Shown: in pieces, positions 16,440-25,300 of the stretch
Layout: the number at the start of each line of letters is the position of its first letter
Position numbering within the stretch: the stretch's first letter is position 1
NCBI RefSeq assembly: GCF_019464535.1
Contig: NZ_CP080507.1
Span: 630,001 to 662,000, forward strand
Length of the DNA stretch: 32,000 nucleotides
Source of the DNA: Horticoccus luteus
GTDB taxonomy: Bacteria > Verrucomicrobiota > Verrucomicrobiia > Opitutales > Opitutaceae
Direction: 5' to 3'
The notes under the pieces: model-generated
Told to the model about the DNA's origin: nothing
The model's database searches: none
What the model saw: only the letters and a program-made list of their open reading frames with translations
Translations under genes and position numbers: made by a program

Positions 16440-16450
16440 AGTGCCGCAGA

Positions 16451-16500
16451 GTGTAACCCATCACCCCGGATAATCTGTCACCTATCACTCCGGATCATAC
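16451..16500. repeat. IS right terminal inverted repeat with two direct subterminal motif copies
   Basis: The reverse complement reads gtatgATCCGGAGTGATAGGTGACAgattATCCGGGGTGATGGGTTACAc. It matches the left end apart from a 2-nt indel and a few substitutions. Confidence 0.75.
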
Positions 16501-16509
16501 CTCCCAGGG

Positions 16510-16941
16510 TCATTTCTGGAGGTCTAGCGATTCCAAAAGAGTGAAAGAAGTAACATCCTCAAGCTGGGCAAAAAACTGTTCAAAAGTGCCCGCAGTCTGG
16601 TTGACGAATCGACCTTCAATCACTGCATCAACCAAGTGGCCTCGCTTGCCCTTTTCAGCGGATGATCCCGGCCTATTTGCACCAATCCACAAACTAAGAG
16701 GATGCTTGTCATGATCGAATGCGCGTCTTGATTCATACAAGGCAGATATTGGAGACTCTAGGACGTAAAAACCACGAACCCGAACAACTTGTCCATCGAG
16801 CTCAACACGACGTTGCCACAGTTCGCTTAAGGATACTGAGCCTTCAGCCTTACGTTGTGACATGCCCGAGAGTGCCGATGCGAAGATGCCCAAGCAAACA
16901 ACACATAGAATCCAGAAGTTTGGCGTCTTGATCGATTTCAT
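16510..16941 (-). CDS. candidate immunity protein for the upstream RHS C-terminal toxin domain; N-terminal signal/anchor
   Basis: The ATG at 16939-16941 overlaps the RHS stop (16938-16940) as ATGA. The 143-aa product begins MKSIKTPNFWILCVVCLGIFASALSG (hydrophobic anchor). GC is about 45% (44 of the first 100 nt counted), against well over 60% in flanking core genes. I recognise no family. Confidence 0.6.
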   Translation of the reverse strand: MKSIKTPNFWILCVVCLGIFASALSGMSQRKAEGSVSLSELWQRRVELDGQVVRVRGFYVLESPISALYESRRAFDHDKHPLSLWIGANRPGSSAEKGKRGHLVDAVIEGRFVNQTAGTFEQFFAQLEDVTSFTLLESLDLQK

Positions 16942-19031
16942 GGGTAAGTGCCAATGGTGCGTTGAGTGGTAGACCATCCTTGATCAGTCCTGACGCCGCT
17001 GAGAACTTCGACGGTTATCCCGCTTCCGCCGGTTGCTGTCCGTCCGACGTAAAGCAAGATCGGACGCTGAAAGTCGTTGGAAGCAGAGATTACTTGGGCG
17101 ACATCTCCGTAAGCTCGCCCCGCAATCGTGTAGTTGCTGAAAGAATTGGCGGAAGGATGCGAATGATAGCCGCCAACGAATACCGTCCCGCCCGGCACAC
17201 TATAGGAGATAGATGCACCTGGAGTGACTGTCTTCCCATCCTGGACGTATGGAACACCTCCACGAACTGGCGTCGTGAAACCGTAATAGGTTACCTCATC
17301 CCGAACGTAAGAGAATATCGCGCCACTATATTCGAGGTGCTGCGGATCCGCGTTCGTCATGCGCTTTGCCAAAACGGACATCACTCCGCCGGCAGCATCT
17401 GCCGACGTGAAATCTCCATATGATGCCTGGCCGTTCGCACCTGAGACGCCACCTCGGGTTCCAGCGACCGCGACACCTCCCTCTGAGGCGATGCTCATTC
17501 CACTGTTTGGGGCTGCCTCCGCCTGCACTTGCGCGGCGGACCGGGCTGCGGCCGCGAGTGTCGCCGTAGCCGGAGCCATCTTTACATATGTATCGGTTAC
17601 GATCTCGTGTCCATTATACGTTACCCCGTTAGTCAGGGTCGCGAAAGCTGCCGCCGCTCCTGGCGTCAACGCTTTCACCTCGTTTCCATCGAGGTATATT
17701 AGTCCATTTTTTGCTGCGCTTTCGAGATACTTTCGAGCCTCGGCCTTCGCGACTCCTAGCGACGCAGCGGCCATTGACTGCTGCGCGAACGTTTCTGCCA
17801 TCCCGTTGAGCTGCTGATCACTTACTCCCGGCCCTCCAATCTGAGTTCCTCCCGCCCCTCCCTGGCCGTTCTCAGCCCACCAGACGCTCGCTGCAACCGC
17901 CCACCCGCGCTCTTCGGGCGACATGGCAGTCAGTTGCGCGGAGTATTCCTCGACGGTAAGCATGCCGAGCAGATCGATGCCATTGACCGGGTTGTTATTG
18001 CAGAAGCGGTAGAGGTTCATGCCGCCTTGCTCCCCACTGGGGTCGCGGCCGAGGAAGCGGCCGAGAGACGGCGAATAATACCGCATGCCGTAGTAAACCA
18101 AGCCGGTCTCGTCGTCGGTGTACTTCGTGGAGAAGCGGAAGGGGTTGTTCTTCGCTTGCGCGCCCTCCGCGCGCAACGACTCGCCGTAGGGGCTGTATTC
18201 GTAAGTGGCAGACTGGGTGCTGCCGACAGCGGAGAGGGTGGCCACATTGCCGTTGCCGTCGTAGCCGGGCAGGTAAGCGGTGACCGCCGTGCCGGTGTGA
18301 TCCACTTCCTGAAGCAGCGCACCAACTCCGCCGGTTGCCGTCAGGCTGCCCGCCTTGTCCAGTCCCCACGCATAGGTGCGTTGCCGGGTGCCGCTGCTGT
18401 TCAATTCCGCGATCAAGTTCCATCCTTGATAGATGAACCGCACGTCGCTTTCCAAGGACCAAGTGCTGCCGCTCCACTTTAAAACCTGCTTCACCGTGCG
18501 CCGTCCTGAGCTGTCGTAGCGAAACGTCACCCGCCGGCCCGGCAGCCCGACATTCATCGCCACCGTGCGCGTCTCCATCGCAGTCAGGCGGTTTTCTGCA
18601 TCCCAGGTGTAGTGCCAGCGACCGTCGCAGGTCACGTTGCCATCGGCATCATAGGTGATTCCTTCGGCGACCCACGGCAGAAACGCCGCCAGCAGGGAGG
18701 GGATTTCCACGGTGCCCGCCTTCGCCGCCTTCACCGCGATGCTGCTGGTATAGGCCGGGCCGTCGTTGTTATTCAACGTCACGCCGCTCGCCCAGTAGTT
18801 GCCCTGCCGGTCGGCGATCGCACCGTTGACCAGCACCTTCGCGTCCGCATCGGCGGTGCCCGAGACCGGGATATACAGATTGGGCCGCTTCGTGATCTGG
18901 TTGAGGTTGTTCACCGTCGCCGTCGCCTTCAACTCGGGATTGTCGGTCGCATTCACCTCCGTGCGATTGCCGGCTCCGTCGTAGCCATACACAAACTGCC
19001 GGTCCGGCAACGGCGCGCTCGTCGACGTCAC
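16938..19031 (-). CDS. RHS repeat protein fragment (5'-truncated): YD/RHS repeats, RHS core end, 340-aa C-terminal toxin-like domain
   Basis: YD repeats: YGYDGAGNRT, YDADGNV, WDAENRLT, FRYDSSGRR. RHS-associated core: YAWGLDKAGS...GGVGALLQ, YLPGYDGNGNV, YEYSPYGE, FRFSTKYTDDETGLVYYGMRYYSPSLGRFLGRDP. It ends in the PVNGIDLLGM variant of the PxxxxDPxGL cleavage motif (Met codon 17961-17963). The frame stays open, still YD-repeat-like, upstream to 19220, where a stop sits at 19221-19223. There is no ATG, GTG or TTG between 19220 and the GTG at 19031. Confidence 0.85.
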   Translation of the reverse strand: MTSTSAPLPDRQFVYGYDGAGNRTEVNATDNPELKATATVNNLNQITKRPNLYIPVSGTADADAKVLVNGAIADRQGNYWASGVTLNNNDGPAYTSSIAVKAAKAGTVEIPSLLAAFLPWVAEGITYDADGNVTCDGRWHYTWDAENRLTAMETRTVAMNVGLPGRRVTFRYDSSGRRTVKQVLKWSGSTWSLESDVRFIYQGWNLIAELNSSGTRQRTYAWGLDKAGSLTATGGVGALLQEVDHTGTAVTAYLPGYDGNGNVATLSAVGSTQSATYEYSPYGESLRAEGAQAKNNPFRFSTKYTDDETGLVYYGMRYYSPSLGRFLGRDPSGEQGGMNLYRFCNNNPVNGIDLLGMLTVEEYSAQLTAMSPEERGWAVAASVWWAENGQGGAGGTQIGGPGVSDQQLNGMAETFAQQSMAAASLGVAKAEARKYLESAAKNGLIYLDGNEVKALTPGAAAAFATLTNGVTYNGHEIVTDTYVKMAPATATLAAAARSAAQVQAEAAPNSGMSIASEGGVAVAGTRGGVSGANGQASYGDFTSADAAGGVMSVLAKRMTNADPQHLEYSGAIFSYVRDEVTYYGFTTPVRGGVPYVQDGKTVTPGASISYSVPGGTVFVGGYHSHPSANSFSNYTIAGRAYGDVAQVISASNDFQRPILLYVGRTATGGSGITVEVLSGVRTDQGWSTTQRTIGTYP

Positions 19032-19349
19032 GCTCCGGCCCAGATAATTGCGGGCGGCCGTGAGCTCCCCCCGCGCATTGTAACTGTAGCGGTAATAGGT
19101 GTCGTTGCCGTAGTCGGCAAACGCGAACCCGGACTGCTGGGCCGTCGCCCGCTGCCCCAGCGCGTTGTTATAGCCGAAACTGCGAAGCCTGTCCCGATTC
19201 GGGGCCTCGAAGCGGGAAACTCAAGCAGCGGACAATTTTGGGGTCAGCAGCTGGAAGGATGCCTGCCTATCAGACGAATTTTACAAGAAATTGGGCATCG
19301 GCGCCGCACGGGCCCCTGCTGAGAGTTGACCGCTGGGGGCGGATTCCCA

Positions 19350-22300
19350 ATGTCGCCCGCGATGTTCCGTCGTGTAATTCTTATAATCGTGGTGGTTTTG
19401 GCAGTGGGTTTGTTGGGGCGGTGGCTTTCGCACCGGACCGGCGGAGGTCCGACGAGCCCCATGGCGGCAGCGAAGAATGACGCTGGGTCGGCGGCACTCC
19501 CGGCTGCGAAGGGAACGCCGAATTCCCGCGTCGATGAGAAGCAGCCGGCTGCTTCCGCGAACTGGACGTCATTTCCTGTCTTTGGCGCGCACGGAGCGGT
19601 GACTTTGAGCGACATCCCGGCGGGGCGGTTTCACGATCAAGTGGCGCGGTTGGCGGCCGGACCGCAGGCGCGGACGCTGCACCAGCTCGAGACGTTGCAC
19701 GCGCCGCTCAATGACGTCAGATCGCTGCGCGTCGATGCGCGCGGAAGTCTGTATTACGTCTGCACGATTCCGGGTGCGCAGAAGGAGGCGATTGCGACGA
19801 CAACAAGCAGCGAGAGGAAGGCGGTGATGGAGGGCGCCATGCGGGCGGCCGGCGAGTCGCCCAGCGGCAGCCAATCGTATGCAGCCGCGGCGGGCGCGGC
19901 GGTGCCGGTCTCGGCACCTCCCATCCGGCATAGCAGACCGGGGGCGGAGAATGTCATCTATCTGAATTTCAGCGGTTATACAGTCAAAGGAACCGCGTGG
20001 AACGCGGAGCTGGCGAAGGCGGAGTTCGACTGCGTGCCTTACGATACGGATTCGGATCCGACGACGTTCAGCGCGAGCGAGCAGGCGGCGATAGTGGCGA
20101 TCTGGCAGCGGGTGGCGGAAGACTACCGGCCTTTTGATGTTGATGTGACGACGGAGCGCCCGGCGGTTTTTACCAGCCGCACGGCGCATGCCCTGATCAC
20201 GCGCAACACCGACGTGGAGTATAAACCGAATCCGGACAGCGACACCGCGAGCGGCGTGGCGTATGTCGGCGTCTTCGGCGGAGCGGATTATCAAAGCCTG
20301 AGCCCGGCGTTTATCTATTGGAATCTGCTGATCGATGTTTCCGCGATCGCGGATACGATTTCGCATGAGGTCGGCCACAATCTCGGGCTGACGCACGATG
20401 GGACGGCGACCGAGGAATACTATCGGGGCCATGGGATCGGCGAAACGTCGTGGGGGCCGTTGATGGGTGCGCCGAACAAATCGAACGTCACGCAATGGTC
20501 GAAGGGTGAGTATCGCGGGGCCAACAATCCGCAGGACGACATCGCGATCCTGACCGGAAATCTGGGGCGTCGGGCGGACGATGCGGGAGATAACGTGGCG
20601 GCGGCGAGTGAGATGGCCGCAGGCGGAGCGGGATGGACGGCGGGGGGCGTGATTGAGGCGAACACGGACAGCGATGTGTTCGCGTTTACGGCGGACTGGC
20701 CGAATGTGGCGATCACCGTTTCGCCGGACCGGCCGGCGGGGAGCGCCACGGGCGGCAACCTGGACGTGGTGGCGGAGTTGCTGGATGCGAGCGGGACGGT
20801 GGTGGCGCGGGCCGATCCGGCCAACCGTACGTCGGCGATCATCGTGCAGGATGTAGCGCCGGGTAGATATTATGTGCGAGTGAGCGCGACCGGGACGGGC
20901 AATCCGTGGGCGGATTCCCCGACGGGTTATACGAGTTACGGTTCGGTGGGCGGCTATACGATCGCGGTGGTGTCTCGTCCGCGCATCACGCCGGCCCGGA
21001 ATGTTGTGGCGCCGGGTCAGGCGATCGCGCTCGAGGGTGCGGTCGGAGGCGGTTCCGGGCTGACGTTTCGTTGGAAGAAGGACGGGACGTTCATCAATGG
21101 CGCGACGACGGCGACATTGAACGTGGGGAATGCGGGCCGCGGAGACAGCGGGGCCTATACGCTGGAAATCACGGATGGAAATTCGGTCACGCGGCGAGGC
21201 ACGGCGTTTGTACAGGTGGCGCCGGCGCAAACGGAATTGCGGATGTGGGGCAGTAACGACCGGGGGCAGACAGCGGTGCCGGCGGACTTGCACACGGCGG
21301 TGAGCGTGGCCGCGGGCGATGATAACACTTTGGTGATCGAGGCGGATGGGACGGTGCTTGGTTGGGGGCTCAACGACTCAGGCGACATGCGTGTGCCGGA
21401 CGGTCTCCATGCCGTAGTCGCAGTGGCAACGGCGGGAGAGCACGCGCTCGCGTTGCGGGCAGACGGGACCGTGATGAGTTGGGGACAAGCCGATGGTTTC
21501 AGTGTGAGGGGCGTGCCGGCAGATCTCGCGGACGTCGTGGCGGTGGCGACGGGCGGGAAGCATAATCTCGCGTTGAAAGCGGATGGGACGGTCGTCGCCT
21601 GGGGGGGCGACGAGAAGGGCCAGACTGACGTGCCGGATGGGCTGGTGGATGTGGTGGCCGTGGCCGCGGGGGATGAGCATTCGCTCGCGTTGAAACGGGA
21701 TGGGAAGGTGGTCGCCTGGGGCTCGAATTATGGCGGAGCGACGTATGTGCCGACTGGCCTGACGAATGTCGTGGCGATCAGCGCTGCGGCGAACGGATCT
21801 CTCGCGCTGAAAGCGGATGGGACGGTGGTGTTTTGGGGCATTGGCTACAATGGCCCGAGCAATATTCCGGCGGATCTGGCGCAGGTGAGCGGAGTGGCGT
21901 TGGGCGCGGAACACGTGATTGCGCGGAAGGGGGACGGGACGGTGGTGGGCTGGGGCTCGAATTCCTTTGGCCAGACGGATAATTCGCTCGGCTTGACCGA
22001 CGTGATTGGCGTCGCGGCAGGGCGGGCGCACACGGGGGCGTTGCGCGACGCGAGCCGCGATCACGTGCCCACGATCACTGTGGGGCCGCTGACGCAGAGC
22101 GTGGCAGAGGGCACGGACGTGACGTTGAGCGTGGAGGCGAGCGGCGGGGGAGCGCAGTTGTTTTATCAATGGCGGAAGAACGGGGAAGTCATCGCGGGCG
22201 CGACGACGGCCACGTTGGCGCTGGACGAAGTCACTTCCGCGGCCGGGGGTAGCTACGACATCATCGTGACCGACTGGCTCGGCAGGACGCCCTCGTCGCC

Positions 22301-25300
22301 CGCCGTGCTGACCGTGAATCCCTTGCCGGGCGTCACGAGCCGCAGCAATGCGCGACAGGTTTTGAGTCCGGGCGACACGCTGACATTGAACGTGGCGGCG
22401 ACGGGCGCCGGTGCGTTGCATTATCAGTGGCGGCGCAACGGGCGCGTGCTGGCGGGCGAGACCGGCGCAACGTTGAGCAAGCCGGCCATGGCCGTGGCGG
22501 ACAGCGGCACGTACATCGTGGAAGTGACCGACGACTGGGGGACGCGACGGGTGCCGTTCTTTGTGAACGTCATGCCCGCGTCAACGCGCGTCGTCATGTG
22601 GGGCGACGGCGGCGATCCGGCGCTCGGTGCGGTGCCGGCAGATCTGACGGATGCGGTGGCGCTGGCGGCCGGCTATCGCTTTTCGCTCGCGCTGCGGCGC
22701 GACGGCACGGTGGTGGGCTGGGGCCAGTCCAATGGTTGGGGCCAGGCGACACCGCCCGCCGGGCTGACCGACGTGGTGGCCATTGCGGGTGGGTTGTATC
22801 ATGCGCTGGCGTTGCGGGCGGATGGGACGGTGGTGGCTTGGGGAAGCCGGGGCGGCGATGCTTTGACGCTGCCGAGCGGTCTCTCCGACGTCACCGCGTT
22901 GGCCGGCGGTTCGGGGAATTCGACGTCGCTAAGGTTAAACGGCAAGGTCGCGACTTGGGGAGACGGAGGCTCCTACGGGCCGATGCCGGCGAACCTCCGC
23001 GATGTCATTGCGATCGCTTCCGGGGCTTATCACCGGTTGGCGTTGAAATCGGACGGCACAGTGGTCGCGTGGGGTTCGAACACTCGCGGGGAATCCACGG
23101 TGCCGGCGGGTCTCAGCGATGTGACTGCGATCGCGGCGGGCGGACAGATTTCGTTGGCGCTAAGAGCGGACGGCACGGTGGTCGCCTGGGGCGACAAGCC
23201 ATTTCCGGGCACGCAAATGCCGACGGACTTGAAGGACGTCGTGGCGATTGCGGTCGGGAGCACCGTGGCGGTGGCGTTGAAGAGCAATGGCACGCTGGTG
23301 ACGTGGGGTGCCAAAGTCGATGGGGCGAACATTCCCGCGGCGGTGACCAATACCCTCGCGGTCGCCATGGGCACCGCGCATGGGCTGGCGTTATGCGATA
23401 TGAGCCGGGACACCGCACCGGTGTTGACGACGGCTCCCGCGGACCAAGTGGTTGCGGAAGGACGCGATGCGACGTTCACGGTGGTGGTCAACGGCAGTGC
23501 GCCGCTTTCATATCAATGGCGGAAGGACGGCGTGCCGGTGGCCGGCGCGACAAATGCCACGCTGACCATCGTCGCCGCGGTGCCGAGCGAAGCAGGCCGA
23601 TACGACGTCGTGGCGACAAATTTGAGGGGCACGGTGACATCGCCGGCCGCCACCCTCACCGTCCGCCCGTTGCCAATTCTCACGAGCTGGTCGCCGGCGC
23701 GGCAGCGAGTCGCGCAGGGCCAGTCGTTTTCGTTGGCGGCAGCGGCGACGGGCACGGGGGGTTTGCATTACGAGTGGCGGCACGATGGCCGCGTGATTCC
23801 CGGGGCGACCGCGGCGACGTTCGAACGAGCGGAGACATCGTCGACGGACGGCGGACTTTATACGGTGGTCGTCACGGACGACGTGGGCAGCCGCAGCTAC
23901 GTGAGCGTGGTTGTGGTCGCGCCCACGGCGACCGAAGTGCGGGCGTGGGGCTCCAACGGCTATGGACAAACGAATGTGCCGGCCAATCTTGGGAACGTCG
24001 TGTCGGTGGCGGCCGCAGGCGAGCATTCGCTCGCGTTGCAGGGAGACGGCAAGGTCGTCGCGTGGGGCCGCAATGCCTACGGGGAATCCACCGTGCCCGG
24101 CGCCCTGGGGCCGGTCGTGGCGATTGCGGGCGGCACAACGTTTTCGGTGGCGGTGACGGACGCGGGCCGCGTGGTGGCGTGGGGCGACAACGCTGCCGGG
24201 CAGTTGAACGTGCCCGGCGACCTCAGCGAGGTCGTCGCGGTGGCCGCGGGCGAGGGATTTATCGTGGCGCTGAAAGCTGATGGCACCGTGCGCGCGTGGG
24301 GCACCAATCGTTTCGGAGAGTCGACCCCGCCGAGCAGGCTGGGGAACGTGACGGCGATCGCCGCCGGTTCGAGCAACGCACTGGCCGTCAAGGCGGATGG
24401 CACGGTGATCAGATGGGGTTCGAATGACGCGGCCTTGGACGTGCCGGCAGACTTGACGGATGTTGCGAACGTGGCGAGCGGAGGGCTTTATGCGATCGCG
24501 ACCAAGAGAGATGGGACAGTCGCCAGTTGGGGTGGCGGTCTGGCGCCCGCGCCGGCCGGGACCAGCACTGTCGCGACGGTGGCGGTGGGGCCGGGCCACG
24601 CCTTGGTGGCCCGGACAGATGGAAGTGTCGTGGGCTGGGCGAACAGCAACGTTCCTCAGACGACGCCGCCGGCCAATCTCGCGAACGTAATCGCGGTGGC
24701 GGCGGGCAACGGGCATGAGCTCGCTTTGCGCGACGCGTCCGGGGGCAAGGCGCCGGTCATCCTGACGCAGCCGCGGGATCAAACGGTGGTCGAGGGAACC
24801 GCGACGATCTTGTCGGTGAACGCATCGGGAGGACCGTCGGTGTTGCGCTATCAGTGGCAAAAGGACGGCGCGGAGGTGGCCGGAGCCACGACGGCAGTGC
24901 TGGCACTCACCAACGTCACCGGTGGCGGGAGCGGGCGCTATACGGTCGTGGTGAGCAACGACCTGGGCACGGTCACTTCGCTGGCCGCGACGTTGACGGT
25001 GCGGCTGCTGCCGGTCATCAGCGCCAGCAGCGCGGCGCGACTAGTGATCGCGCCCGGGCAACCCCTGGCGCTGTTTGTCACCGCGAGCGGAACGGGAAGT
25101 TTGCATTACCAATGGTATAAAGATGGCTCCGCTCTGCCGGGAGCGACGGCCGCCACTTATAACAAAAACGCCGCCGTCGTGACGGACAGTGGAAATTATT
25201 GGGTGGAGGTGAGCGATGAGGTGGGGGTGCGCGGGTCCGCGAAAATGAGCGTCCTCGTCAGTGGGGTGCGGACGGAGATCCGCGGGTGGGGAAAGGGCGT

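Larger units (their letters stand above)
15116..16500 (-). mobile_element. IS481-family-like insertion sequence (~1385 bp)
   Basis: One transposase ORF flanked by imperfect terminal inverted repeats of about 48-50 bp. Both start GTATGATCCGG (left end 15116, right end reverse-complement from 16500). No flanking direct target duplication is visible: left flank ...gcaaacgg, right flank ctcccagg.... Confidence 0.8.

Noticed and set aside
17163-17174. Calling the RHS C-terminal HSHP motif a bona fide JAMM active site
   Set aside because: The canonical HxHx7SxxD spacing is not satisfied, because the Ser and Asp positions do not line up. It is reported only as a hypothesis, not as an annotated peptidase.
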